Of a stretch of DNA of 64,000 bases, positions 53,130 through 64,000 are shown piece after piece. The DNA is from Escherichia coli (lineage in GTDB: Bacteria > Pseudomonadota > Gammaproteobacteria > Enterobacterales > Enterobacteriaceae): the NCBI RefSeq assembly GCF_030013595.1, contig NZ_CP122768.1, one strand, 5' to 3'. The translations under genes and the position numbers were made by a program. Position 1 is the stretch's first letter; each line of letters begins with the position of its first letter. The notes beneath the pieces were generated by a model that saw only the letters and a list, made by a program, of their open reading frames with translations, ran no database searches and was not told the DNA's origin.

Positions 53130-53311
53130 TATTTACCTCCGCCGACAGACGACTGTGTACGGTCGAGATATCGCGCCACCAGCCACGACCAGAACAGGCA
53201 CAACGCCCCGGCAACAACAAACCCCGCCGGGGGATAAATCAGCCAGGCACCATACGCCAGCAAAAGCGCCCCCAGCACGCCCACCAGAGGCGCGAGAATC
53301 AGCATGATCAT
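53129..53311 (-). CDS. Small two-helix membrane protein between terminase and portal genes
   Basis: 60-aa [52 protein letters not shown]..., SD GAGGT, stop overlaps portal start (TAGTG). Confidence 0.6.
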
Positions 53312-53322
53312 AATTACCTCAG

Positions 53323-55056
53323 TTAAAGCGAGCGGATCCCATAGGACTCAATGTGGTCAGACAACGTGTCTTCTTTCTCGTACAGCATGGCTCTGCCAAC
53401 CGCCATAATCAGCGCAACTGCACCATCGATTTTGTTTTCCGCCTGCTCTTTGACGGGCTTCACCACATCATCGTTACCCGGAATGGTTTTGCCGACCACG
53501 TTGCCGATACACCAGGTCATGATGGGATTGCCATCATGATGAAAGCGCCCCGATTCAATTGCCGCTTCCAGCTCTTTCATCGGGTCGGACATGTTGGTGT
53601 AGTTCTGAATGATAGTGATGGGGTTCAGGTCTTCATCAGCCAGGTCATGTGACAGCCCGGTCGCCCCGAAGGGGTCGATGGGTGACTCACTGACCGGGCT
53701 GATTTTGTTCGCCGCTTTGGCCTCCTCGAGGATGTAGCGATAATCCACCTCCGCACCATCGGTAACGGTCAGAACGCCCATTACCACCCATTTCTGAAAG
53801 CGTTCGGCTGTCCGTCGATCTTCATTTTTCTCGACACTGTACACCGTGTCATACGGTACCCAGAAACGCGGGGCCACACTGTAGTAATGCGTTTTACCGT
53901 CAATCTCGCGGGTATAAAGTCGCGCCATGCTGTTCATATCCAGCTTACGCGCCAGGTCAAAGGCCAGAATGCACGGCTGCCCCTCGAACTGCTCAAGGGT
54001 CAGTGATTTATCCTCGCAGCTCTGCCAGCTCACCAGGTTGAAATACGCCGAACGCGCCGACACCCAGATATTGAGGTGCTTTGTTTTAAAGACGTTTGCC
54101 AGACGGGCGTTATTTTTCGCACGCTGCTGCTGACTTAACAAAAATTCGCGATAAACCGACACGCCAATATTCGGGTTAGCTTTTTCCAGCACCTGCGGGT
54201 CGGTCCAGTCATCGCCTTCGTCAACGGTATAGATGATCCCGAACAGTTCATCGTTGGGTACCGACCCGTTGAGCATCTCGATAACTTCCCGCCGCTTGTC
54301 GTAGCACGGCCCCTCAATGTTGTACCCGGCAGTAGTAATGGCCCACATCAGTGGCTGACGTCGCGCCCCCATCCCGGTAAGCATCGTGGTGTAAAGCGCA
54401 TCGGTGGCGTGCTCGTGATATTCATCCACCACCGCACAGTGGGGTGATGATCCATCACCGGGGTTACCGATCAGCGGTTCAAACCGCGCGCCATCCTCCG
54501 GACGGTTCATGTTTGAGGCGTTAACCTCAATCCCGAACGCTTCCGTCAGCATGGGCGTGCGTTTACACATCAGTCGCGCCGGGCGAAAGACTTCCCACGC
54601 CTGTTTCTCTGTCGTGGCACCGGAATACACTTCCGCGCCAAACTCGTTATCACAGGCAAAACAATACAGGGCAACACCGGCAGAGATTGCTGATTTGCCG
54701 TTCTTACGGGGGATTTCGGTATACACCTCCCGGAAGCGGCGCAACCGGGTGCCTTTATTGACCCAGCCAAACGCACAGCAGATCACAAAGAGCTGCCACG
54801 GCTCCAGCGTGATGGGCATCCTCTTGAATGCCCACTCACCCTTGGTGTGCGGCAACAGCTGAATAAATTTGGCGGCCCGTTCAGCCAGGTCCTTGTCGAA
54901 GCGGTAACGAAACGACTTACTTTTTTCCGCCATCAGGTCATCAAGATGGCGCTGGCAGGCCTGAATCACAAACTGGCAGGCCACAATCTTTCCGCGAACG
55001 ACATCCCGGGCATACTGATTGGCAGCATTTACGTTGGGGTAAGATTTCCGGCTCAT
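53323..55056 (-). CDS. Terminase large subunit
   Basis: 577-aa ORF with Walker A-like IPRKNGKS and Walker B-like VVDEYHEH, C-terminal nuclease region. Confidence 0.85.
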
Positions 55057-55556
55057 GATTCGATGATTTTCAGAAACGGGTTAGTAGCTTTCTTCTGCCC
55101 CGCCAGGCCAATCAGACGCTGGCGGCTGCTGGGGTCGAGTCCGAGCATTGCCCCCGTGCTGCTCATCTCGGACTCCTGTTCTTTTTTGGCGGTCAGCTCA
55201 GGATTTTTGACCATACCGCCCATTGCACCGGTGATGGTGTTGCCCTGTCTGGCAATATTTTTCACGGCACGTCGCCAGAACTCATAGGCCACACACCACC
55301 GCTCAAGCACCGCGAGGTCAGTCACGCACAGCAGGCCCTGACCGCAAAGTTCTTTAGTTGTCAGTTGCCACATGATCGTGGCGAGAGGGAGATCTTCTTC
55401 AGCGAACCACTCCGGTGGCTCAACACCTTTGATGGGCGTAAAAACAGGTTCATCTTTATTCAGGGCTCGCTTGCCGGGGTTTCCGGCCAGCGCCTTGCGC
55501 GCCGTTGGCTTGGGGCGACGCCCGGAACGCCCCGCCGTTCCAGCCATATGCGGCAC
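55053..55556 (-). CDS. Terminase small subunit (P27 family)
   Basis: 167-aa [40 protein letters not shown]...; 4-nt overlap with large subunit gene. Confidence 0.75.
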   Translation of the reverse strand: MPHMAGTAGRSGRRPKPTARKALAGNPGKRALNKDEPVFTPIKGVEPPEWFAEEDLPLATIMWQLTTKELCGQGLLCVTDLAVLERWCVAYEFWRRAVKNIARQGNTITGAMGGMVKNPELTAKKEQESEMSSTGAMLGLDPSSRQRLIGLAGQKKATNPFLKIIES

Positions 55557-55672
55557 TCCTGGTTAAATTTCATTTTTCGCGGGTATAAAAAAACGATGGG
55601 GCGGGCAGTCCGGAAGACGTCAGGTCACAGAGATTTGACCCGCCCCTCCCCTCAGACAGTTGAGAATTATTA

Positions 55673-56023
55673 TCACTTTAGCCGTTCACGGGCCGTCTTC
55701 GCCTTATGGCACGGCCAGCACAGGCTCTGCAGATTACTGTCTGCATCGGTGCCGCCATGCGCTTTAGGGATGATGTGGTCAACGGTTTTCGCCTCACGCA
55801 CCACACCAGCACGCAGACATAACTGACACAGGCCTTTGTCACGCTTCAATATGCGCGCGCGGATACTGTCCCACTTCGAACCGTAGCCGCGCTGATGACG
55901 GGATTGCCCCGGCTTGTATTGTTTCCAGCCTTCGTTTTTGTGGCTTTCGCAGTAGCCTGACGGGTCTGTAGTGGTATTACGGCAGCCGCGAACGCGGCAG
56001 GCTTTTGGGATTCGTGATGGCAT
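55673..56023 (-). CDS. HNH endonuclease (terminase-associated)
   Basis: ATG 56023 with SD GGAG; MPSRIPKACRVRGCRNTTT...CQLCLRAGVVREAKTVDHIIPKAHGGTDADSNLQSLCWPCHKAKT. Confidence 0.8.
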   Translation of the reverse strand: MPSRIPKACRVRGCRNTTTDPSGYCESHKNEGWKQYKPGQSRHQRGYGSKWDSIRARILKRDKGLCQLCLRAGVVREAKTVDHIIPKAHGGTDADSNLQSLCWPCHKAKTARERLK

Positions 56024-56246
56024 ATGTACTCCAATGAAGAAGCCACCGACATAGCCTCCTCCATTCATCGTGAAACTATTTTCATCTACGCAGTCATGAA
56101 TTCTTTGTAGAGTTGTGATCAATACAACTCACTAATGGAGAGGCTTGTCCAACACGTTGGACAAGTTTCCTGTTTGATTTACTGGACACTATAGAAGGAC
56201 AGAATGCCTTCCTCACTCGAATAACATTAATTAAGGAGGTTCAACA

Positions 56247-57575
56247 CTGATGAATCCCCTAATGATTTTGGTAAAAATCATTAAGTTAAGGTGGATACAC
56301 ATCTTGTCATATGATCAAATGGTTTCGCGAAAAATCAATAATCAGACAACAAGATGTGCGAACTCGATATTTTACACGACTCTCTTTACCAATTCTGCCC
56401 CGAATTACACTTAAAACGACTCAACAGCTTAACGTTGGCTTGCCACGCATTACTTGACTGTAAAACTCTCACTCTTACCGAACTTGGCCGTAACCTGCCA
56501 ACCAAAGCGAGAACAAAACATAACATCAAACGAATCGACCGATTGTTAGGTAATCGTCACCTCCACAAAGAGCGACTCGCTGTATACCGTTGGCATGCTA
56601 GCTTTATCTGTTCGGGCAATACGATGCCCATTGTACTTGTTGACTGGTCTGATATTCGTGAGCAAAAACGACTTATGGTATTGCGAGCTTCAGTCGCACT
56701 ACACGGTCGTTCTGTTACTCTTTATGAGAAAGCGTTCCCGCTTTCAGAGCAATGTTCAAAGAAAGCTCATGACCAATTTCTAGCCGACCTTGCGAGCATT
56801 CTACCGAGTAACACCACACCGCTCATTGTCAGTGATGCTGGCTTTAAAGTGCCATGGTATAAATCCGTTGAGAAGCTGGGTTGGTACTGGTTAAGTCGAG
56901 TAAGAGGAAAAGTACAATATGCAGACCTAGGAGCGGAAAACTGGAAACCTATCAGCAACTTACATGATATGTCATCTAGTCACTCAAAGACTTTAGGCTA
57001 TAAGAGGCTGACTAAAAGCAATCCAATCTCATGCCAAATTCTATTGTATAAATCTCGCTCTAAAGGCCGAAAAAATCAGCGCTCGACACGGACTCATTGT
57101 CACCACCCGTCACCTAAAATCTACTCAGCGTCGGCAAAGGAGCCATGGGTTCTAGCAACTAACTTACCTGTTGAAATTCGAACACCCAAACAACTTGTTA
57201 ATATCTATTCGAAGCGAATGCAGATTGAAGAAACCTTCCGAGACTTGAAAAGTCCTGCCTACGGACTAGGCCTACGCCATAGCCGAACGAGCAGCTCAGA
57301 GCGTTTTGATATCATGCTGCTAATCGCCCTGATGCTTCAACTAACATGTTGGCTTGCGGGCGTTCATGCTCAGAAACAAGGTTGGGACAAGCACTTCCAG
57401 GCTAACACAGTCAGAAATCGAAACGTACTCTCAACAGTTCGCTTAGGCATGGAAGTTTTGCGGCATTCTGGCTACACAATAACAAGGGAAGACTTACTCG
57501 TGGCTGCAACCCTACTAGCTCAAAATTTATTCACACATGGTTACGCTTTGGGGAAATTATGAGGGGATCTCTCAG
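56247..57575 (+). mobile_element. IS10 (1329 bp, complete), no flanking 9-bp target duplication
   Basis: Outside end CTGATGAATCCCCTAATGATTTTGGTAAAAATCATTAAG at 56247, inside end ...TTATGAGGGGATCTCTCAG at 57575; flanks ggttcaaca / tattaagcg differ. Confidence 0.9.
56354..57562 (+). CDS. IS10 transposase
   Basis: 402-aa ORF MCELDILHDSLYQFCPELHLKRLNSLTLACHALLDCKTLTLTELGRNLPTKARTKHNIKRIDRLLGNRHLHKE... recognised as IS10 Tnp. Confidence 0.92.
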   Translation: MCELDILHDSLYQFCPELHLKRLNSLTLACHALLDCKTLTLTELGRNLPTKARTKHNIKRIDRLLGNRHLHKERLAVYRWHASFICSGNTMPIVLVDWSDIREQKRLMVLRASVALHGRSVTLYEKAFPLSEQCSKKAHDQFLADLASILPSNTTPLIVSDAGFKVPWYKSVEKLGWYWLSRVRGKVQYADLGAENWKPISNLHDMSSSHSKTLGYKRLTKSNPISCQILLYKSRSKGRKNQRSTRTHCHHPSPKIYSASAKEPWVLATNLPVEIRTPKQLVNIYSKRMQIEETFRDLKSPAYGLGLRHSRTSSSERFDIMLLIALMLQLTCWLAGVHAQKQGWDKHFQANTVRNRNVLSTVRLGMEVLRHSGYTITREDLLVAATLLAQNLFTHGYALGKL

Positions 57576-57604
57576 TATTAAGCGTCAATGAGCGTCTGGA
57601 AAGA

Positions 57605-58519
57605 ATGAAAGGCAGGCGCTCAGACATTACGGTGACAGAATGGCTTGATAAATATATTTCTATCCAGGAGGACAGGCTGCAACATAATGAACTAAGACCC
57701 AACTCCTATCGGCAAAAAGGCAAACCCATTCGTCTTTTCCGTGAGCATTGTGGAATGCAACACCTCAAGGATATTACCGCACTTGATATTGCCGAAATAA
57801 TTGATGCTGTAAAGGCTGAAGGTCATAACAGGATGGCGCAAGTCGTGAGAATGGTGTTGATCGACGTCTTCAAAGAAGCACAACACGCAGGACATGTTCC
57901 GCCAGGATTTAACCCAGCGCAGGCAACAAAACAACCGCGAAATCGAGTAAACCGCCAAAGATTGTCACTGCCCGAATGGCAGGCAATATTTGAAAGCGTA
58001 AGCAGACGGCAGCCCTATTTAAAATGCGGCATGCTACTTGCTCTTGTTACTGGACAACGTTTAGGCGATATCTGCAATTTGAAATTCTCTGATATATGGG
58101 ACGACATGTTGCACATTACTCAGGAAAAAACCGGTTCAAAACTTGCTATTCCGCTTAACCTGAAATGCGATGCTCTGAATATTACCCTTCGTGAAGTTAT
58201 ATCTCAGTGCAGGGATGCTGTTGTTAGTAAATATCTGGTCCATTACCGTCACACTACCTCTCAAGCAAACAGAGGAGACCAGGTTTCTGCAAATACTCTG
58301 ACAACGGCTTTTAAAAAGGCCCGGGAAAAATGTGGCATAAAATGGGAGCAAGGAACTGCGCCCACATTTCATGAGCAGCGATCTCTGTCAGAACGGTTAT
58401 ATCGGGAACAGGGTCTGGATACGCAAAAGTTGTTAGGCCATAAATCCAGAAAAATGACCGACCGATACAATGATGATCGTGGTAAAGACTGGATTATCGT
58501 AGATATCAAAACAGCATAG
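57605..58519 (+). CDS. Phage tyrosine integrase (lambda Int-like), apparently lacking the N-terminal arm-binding domain
   Basis: 304-aa ORF; ...LLALVTGQRLGDICNLKFSDI...GTAPTFHEQRSLSERLYREQ...LLGHKSRKMTDRYNDD (R...HxxR...Y catalytic signature); aligns to lambda Int from about residue 60 onward. Confidence 0.8.
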   Translation: MKGRRSDITVTEWLDKYISIQEDRLQHNELRPNSYRQKGKPIRLFREHCGMQHLKDITALDIAEIIDAVKAEGHNRMAQVVRMVLIDVFKEAQHAGHVPPGFNPAQATKQPRNRVNRQRLSLPEWQAIFESVSRRQPYLKCGMLLALVTGQRLGDICNLKFSDIWDDMLHITQEKTGSKLAIPLNLKCDALNITLREVISQCRDAVVSKYLVHYRHTTSQANRGDQVSANTLTTAFKKAREKCGIKWEQGTAPTFHEQRSLSERLYREQGLDTQKLLGHKSRKMTDRYNDDRGKDWIIVDIKTA

Positions 58520-58581
58520 AAAATAGCCAGTTTTGGGGAAGGGTTTTGGGGAAAGTTTTGGGGAAGATTTTACATCATCAT

Positions 58582-58609
58582 AAAACAACGGGCGTGTTAT
58601 ACGCCCGTT
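58582..58609 (-). terminator. icd intrinsic terminator (phage-supplied copy)
   Basis: Minus strand: AACGGGCGTATAACACGCCCGTT followed by gtttt, 24 nt after icd stop. Confidence 0.65.
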
Positions 58610-58632
58610 TCAATATTTAACACATGTAGAGA

Positions 58633-59883
58633 TTACATGTTCTTGATGATTGCATCACCAAACTCGCTGCATTTCAGCAGTTTAGCACCTTCCATCAGAC
58701 GTTCGAAGTCATAGGTTACGGTCTTGGCGTTGATTGCGCCTTCCATACCTTTAACAATCAAGTCTGCGGCTTCAGTCCAGCCCATATGGCGCAGCATCAT
58801 CTCAGCGGAGAGAATAATAGAGCCTGGGTTTACTTTGTCCTGACCGGCATATTTCGGCGCAGTACCGTGGGTGGCTTCAAACAGGGCGCATTCGTCACCG
58901 ATGTTTGCGCCTGGGGCGATACCGATACCGCCGACCTGTGCAGCCAGAGCGTCAGAAATGTAGTCACCGTTCAGGTTCATACAGGCGATAACATCATATT
59001 CAGCCGGACGCAGCAGGATCTGTTGCAGGAATGCGTCAGCAATCACGTCTTTAATGACGATCTCTTTGCCGGTATTCGGGTTTTTAACTTTCAGCCACGG
59101 GCCGCCGTCGATCAGTTCACCGCCAAACTCTTCACGCGCCAGCTGGTAGCCCCAGTCTTTAAACGCGCCTTCGGTGAACTTCATGATGTTGCCTTTGTGC
59201 ACCAGGGTCACAGAGTCACGATCGTTAGCAATTGCGTATTCGATCGCTGCACGAACCAGACGTTTGGTGCCTTCTTCCGAACACGGCTTAATACCGATAC
59301 CGCAATGTTCCGGGAAGCGAATTTTCTTCACGCCCATCTCTTCACGCAGGAATTTAATCACTTTCTCGGCGTCGGCAGAGTCAGCTTTCCATTCGATACC
59401 CGCATAAATGTCTTCCGAGTTTTCACGGAAGATAACCATATCGGTCAGTTCAGGGTGTTTAACCGGGCTTGGAGTGCCCTGATAGTAACGTACCGGACGC
59501 AGGCAGATGTAGAGATCCAGTTCCTGACGCAGGGCAACGTTCAGAGAGCGAATACCGCCACCAACCGGAGTGGTCAGCGGACCTTTAATGGCAACGCGAT
59601 ATTCACGAATCAGATCAAGGGTTTCAGCAGGCAGCCAGACATCCTGACCATAAACCTGTGTGGATTTTTCACCGGTGTAAATTTCCATCCAGGAGATTTT
59701 ACGCTCGCCTTTATAGGCTTTCTCGACTGCAGCGTCGACCACTTTCAGCATGGCTGGGGTTACATCTACACCGATTCCATCACCTTCAATGTAAGGGATA
59801 ATCGGATTTTCAGGAACGTTGAGTTTGCCGTTTTGCAGGGTGATCTTCTTGCCTTGTGCCGGAACAACTACTTTACTTTCCAT
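58633..59883 (-). CDS. icd: Isocitrate dehydrogenase (NADP), 3' end supplied by prophage
   Basis: 416-aa [76 protein letters not shown]... Confidence 0.95.
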   Translation of the reverse strand: MESKVVVPAQGKKITLQNGKLNVPENPIIPYIEGDGIGVDVTPAMLKVVDAAVEKAYKGERKISWMEIYTGEKSTQVYGQDVWLPAETLDLIREYRVAIKGPLTTPVGGGIRSLNVALRQELDLYICLRPVRYYQGTPSPVKHPELTDMVIFRENSEDIYAGIEWKADSADAEKVIKFLREEMGVKKIRFPEHCGIGIKPCSEEGTKRLVRAAIEYAIANDRDSVTLVHKGNIMKFTEGAFKDWGYQLAREEFGGELIDGGPWLKVKNPNTGKEIVIKDVIADAFLQQILLRPAEYDVIACMNLNGDYISDALAAQVGGIGIAPGANIGDECALFEATHGTAPKYAGQDKVNPGSIILSAEMMLRHMGWTEAADLIVKGMEGAINAKTVTYDFERLMEGAKLLKCSEFGDAIIKNM

Positions 59884-60054
59884 TCACCTCTCCTTCGAGC
59901 GCTACTGGTTTGCTCGTCTGCCACCACGTTGCATATGCGTTTGCGTCCTGCGATACGGATGCTTTAGAGCAATTTTTTGTTAATGATTTGTAATTGGCTT
60001 GTCAATACTACCCTATTGTTTGCCGTCATGAAAGATGCGCGTTATTAGGCTATA

Positions 60055-60708
60055 ATGCGGCAATTCATAATCTCTGAAAATACCATGCAAAAAACTTCTT
60101 TTAGAAATCACCAGGTTAAGCGATTCAGCTCGCAACGTTCTACCAGGCGTAAACCTGAAAACCAGCCCACGCGTGTGATCCTGTTCAATAAACCCTACGA
60201 TGTTCTTCCGCAGTTCACCGATGAAGCCGGACGCAAAACATTAAAAGAATTCATCCCGGTTCAGGGCGTTTATGCAGCAGGTCGTCTTGACCGCGATAGC
60301 GAAGGGTTACTGGTGCTGACCAATAACGGCGCGTTGCAGGCGCGTTTAACCCAGCCGGGTAAACGCACCGGAAAAATCTATTATGTGCAGGTGGAAGGTA
60401 TTCCCACACAAGACGCACTTGAAGCCTTGCGCAATGGCGTAACCTTAAATGATGGCCCTACCCTGCCCGCAGGCGTAGAGCTGGTTGACGAACCCGCGTG
60501 GTTATGGCCGCGGAATCCACCAATTCGTGAACGCAAAAGTATTCCCACCAGCTGGCTGAAGATCACCTTATATGAAGGACGTAATCGCCAGGTGCGCCGC
60601 ATGACCGCCCATGTTGGTTTCCCCACGCTGCGACTGATTCGCTATGCGATGGGTGATTACTCTTTGGATAATCTTGCCAACGGCGAATGGCGAGAAGCGA
60701 CAGATTAA
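60055..60708 (+). CDS. rluE: 23S rRNA pseudouridine synthase RluE
   Basis: 217-aa [92 protein letters not shown]. Confidence 0.88.
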   Translation: MRQFIISENTMQKTSFRNHQVKRFSSQRSTRRKPENQPTRVILFNKPYDVLPQFTDEAGRKTLKEFIPVQGVYAAGRLDRDSEGLLVLTNNGALQARLTQPGKRTGKIYYVQVEGIPTQDALEALRNGVTLNDGPTLPAGVELVDEPAWLWPRNPPIRERKSIPTSWLKITLYEGRNRQVRRMTAHVGFPTLRLIRYAMGDYSLDNLANGEWREATD

Positions 60709-60717
60709 GGACGCAAA

Positions 60718-61179
60718 ATGTTTAAACCGCACGTTACCGTTGCTTGCGTGGTGCACGCAGAAGGCAAATTTTTAGTCGTTGAAGAGACGATTAATGGTAA
60801 AGCGTTATGGAACCAACCTGCCGGGCATCTGGAAGCCGATGAAACCTTAGTGGAAGCCGCCGCCCGTGAGCTGTGGGAAGAAACCGGCATCAGCGCGCAA
60901 CCGCAACACTTTATTCGTATGCATCAGTGGATTGCGCCAGATAAAACGCCGTTTTTGCGTTTCCTGTTTGCTATTGAGCTTGAGCAAATATGCCCGACCC
61001 AGCCTCATGACAGCGATATCGACTGCTGCCGTTGGGTTAGCGCCGAAGAAATTTTACAGGCGTCAAATCTTCGTTCGCCACTGGTGGCGGAAAGTATTCG
61101 TTGTTATCAAAGCGGGCAACGCTATCCGCTAGAGATGATTGGCGATTTTAACTGGCCTTTTACAAAGGGTGTCATCTAA
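60718..61179 (+). CDS. nudJ: Nudix hydrolase NudJ
   Basis: 153-aa [61 protein letters not shown] (Nudix box). Confidence 0.88.
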
Positions 61180-61232
61180 AAGGCTGCGTGATAGAATACG
61201 CCGCCTTGAAGTTCAATGTCGTGAGTGATCCA

Positions 61233-62339
61233 ATGTCTGAAACCGCAAAAAAAGTAATCGTCGGCATGTCCGGCGGTGTCGATTCCTCCGTTTCTGCCTG
61301 GCTGTTGCAACAACAGGGATATCAGGTCGAAGGCCTGTTTATGAAGAACTGGGAAGAAGACGACGGTGAGGAATATTGCACAGCGGCAGCGGATCTGGCT
61401 GATGCCCAGGCTGTCTGCGACAAGCTCGGCATTGAACTGCACACCGTTAACTTTGCTGCCGAGTACTGGGACAACGTCTTCGAACTGTTCCTTGCCGAAT
61501 ATAAAGCCGGTCGCACGCCGAATCCGGATATTCTGTGCAACAAAGAGATCAAATTTAAAGCCTTCCTCGAATTTGCCGCTGAAGATTTAGGTGCCGATTA
61601 TATCGCTACCGGTCATTACGTACGTCGGGCAGATGTCGATGGCAAGAGCCGCCTGCTGCGTGGTCTGGACAGCAATAAAGACCAGAGCTACTTCCTTTAT
61701 ACGCTCAGCCATGAGCAGATTGCGCAAAGCCTGTTCCCGGTCGGCGAACTGGAAAAACCGCAGGTGCGTAAGATTGCTGAAGATCTCGGTCTGGTCACCG
61801 CGAAGAAAAAAGACTCTACCGGCATTTGCTTCATTGGCGAGCGTAAATTCCGCGAGTTCCTGGGCCGTTATCTCCCGGCGCAACCGGGCAAAATCATTAC
61901 CGTCGATGGCGATGAAATTGGTGAGCACCAGGGGCTGATGTATCACACCCTCGGTCAGCGTAAAGGTCTGGGTATCGGTGGCACCAAAGACGGCACCGAA
62001 GAACCGTGGTATGTGGTCGATAAAGACGTCGAAAACAACATTCTGATTGTTGCGCAGGGCCATGAACACCCGCGTCTGATGTCTGTCGGTCTGATTGCCC
62101 AGCAGCTGCACTGGGTCGATCGCGAGCCGTTCACCGGTACTATGCGTTGCACAGTAAAAACCCGCTATCGCCAGACCGAGATCCCGTGCACCGTCAAGGC
62201 GCTGGACGATGATCGCATTGAAGTGATTTTCGATGAGCCGGTTGCCGCCGTGACGCCGGGCCAGTCTGCCGTTTTCTATAACGGTGAAGTGTGCCTCGGT
62301 GGCGGTATTATTGAGCAGCGTCTGCCGCTGCCGGTCTGA
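61233..62339 (+). CDS. mnmA: tRNA 2-thiouridylase MnmA
   Basis: ORF trimmed to ATG 61233: [44 protein letters not shown]... (PP-loop SGGxDS), 368 aa. Confidence 0.9.
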   Translation: MSETAKKVIVGMSGGVDSSVSAWLLQQQGYQVEGLFMKNWEEDDGEEYCTAAADLADAQAVCDKLGIELHTVNFAAEYWDNVFELFLAEYKAGRTPNPDILCNKEIKFKAFLEFAAEDLGADYIATGHYVRRADVDGKSRLLRGLDSNKDQSYFLYTLSHEQIAQSLFPVGELEKPQVRKIAEDLGLVTAKKKDSTGICFIGERKFREFLGRYLPAQPGKIITVDGDEIGEHQGLMYHTLGQRKGLGIGGTKDGTEEPWYVVDKDVENNILIVAQGHEHPRLMSVGLIAQQLHWVDREPFTGTMRCTVKTRYRQTEIPCTVKALDDDRIEVIFDEPVAAVTPGQSAVFYNGEVCLGGGIIEQRLPLPV

Positions 62340-62374
62340 TTATTATCTTTACTTAAAACAAGGAAGCAGTGAAC

Positions 62375-63016
62375 GTGGCAAAGAATTACTATGACATCAC
62401 CCTCGCCCTAGCCGGTATTTGTCAGTCGGCACGCCTGGTGCAACAACTCGCTCACCAGGGGCATTGTGATGCCGATGCGCTACACGTCTCACTCAACAGT
62501 ATTATTGATATGAACCCCAGCTCGACGCTGGCGGTTTTTGGCGGCAGCGAAGCCAACCTGCGCGTCGGGCTGGAAACCTTGCTCGGCGTGCTCAATGCCA
62601 GCAGTCGCCAGGGCTTAAACGCTGAGTTAACCCGCTACACACTCAGCCTGATGGTGCTTGAGCGCAAACTCTCCTCAGCGAAAGGTGCGCTCGACACTCT
62701 GGGCAACCGGATCAACGGCCTGCAACGCCAGCTCGAACACTTCGATTTACAGTCCGAAACGCTGATGAGCGCGATGGCTGCTATCTATGTTGATGTGATT
62801 AGCCCGCTTGGCCCGCGCATTCAGGTAACCGGTTCCCCTGCTGTACTGCAAAGCCCACAAGTGCAGGCGAAAGTTCGCGCAACCCTGCTGGCAGGCATTC
62901 GCGCCGCCGTGCTCTGGCACCAGGTTGGCGGCGGACGTCTGCAACTGATGTTTTCTCGTAATCGCCTGACCACTCAGGCAAAACAAATTCTTGCTCATTT
63001 AACCCCGGAGTTGTGA
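62375..63016 (+). CDS. hflD: Lysogenisation regulator HflD
   Basis: GTG start at 62375 (alternative GTG at 62369): (M)[49 protein letters not shown]... Confidence 0.85.
   Translation: MAKNYYDITLALAGICQSARLVQQLAHQGHCDADALHVSLNSIIDMNPSSTLAVFGGSEANLRVGLETLLGVLNASSRQGLNAELTRYTLSLMVLERKLSSAKGALDTLGNRINGLQRQLEHFDLQSETLMSAMAAIYVDVISPLGPRIQVTGSPAVLQSPQVQAKVRATLLAGIRAAVLWHQVGGGRLQLMFSRNRLTTQAKQILAHLTPEL

Positions 63017-64000
<984 letters not shown>

Noticed and set aside
55590-55670. Long dyad GGGGCGGG-N30-CCCGCCCC followed by a T-run between the HNH and terminase-small genes, considered as a terminator
   Set aside because: The 30-nt loop is atypical for an intrinsic terminator and a terminator inside the packaging operon is unlikely; it may relate to the cos/packaging site but this cannot be decided from sequence alone.
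57575-57605. Integrase reading frame remains open upstream into IS10, considered as proof that IS10 truncated int
   Set aside because: Only about 10 codons are involved, so an open frame is expected by chance; the truncation is better supported by the missing N-terminal domain than by this.
58786-59967. 393-aa plus-strand ORF
   Set aside because: Entirely antisense to icd, whose identity is unambiguous; long antisense ORFs are common in GC-rich genes.

Overview
This window reads as an Escherichia coli chromosomal segment running dadA -> purB (the K-12 icd/minCDE/umuDC neighbourhood, here as its reverse complement). The conserved backbone is dadA', ycgB, fadR, nhaB, dsbB, umuCD, hlyE, ycgN-M-L, pliG, ycgJ, minCDE, ymgG, ymgD, ymgF, pdeG, ymgC-ariR-ymgA-ycgZ, bluF, bluR, ycgX, iraM, then icd, rluE, nudJ, mnmA, hflD, purB'. 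All gene identifications come from reading the translations and from synteny; no database search was run. Accessory content: (1) two IS200-family copies in inverted orientation (about 5664-6379 and 30331-31046) bracketing a 24 kb backbone block; (2) two apparently intact AIDA-like autotransporter genes, one with an in-frame (Pro-Asn)n hexanucleotide repeat; (3) a roughly 27.5 kb e14-like prophage integrated in the 3' end of icd (about 31258-58796), with an HK97-like head module, a Mu-like contractile-tail module and a Pin-invertible tail-fibre segment. The prophage looks cryptic: a complete IS10 with no target-site duplication sits where the early, immunity and lysis genes should be, and the tape-measure gene carries an in-frame amber codon. 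The most interesting part is the AT-rich cargo between the attachment-site remnant and pinE (31.3-35.3 kb): an Mrr-like PD-(D/E)xK nuclease gene continuing into a long second reading frame, an orphan secreted protein, and a GIY-YIG nuclease gene flanked by direct repeats of the pinE 3' end. This is the best candidate for an undescribed defence-type system. A separate AT-rich moron with its own terminator is inserted inside the tail operon. No rRNA, tRNA or CRISPR array was found.
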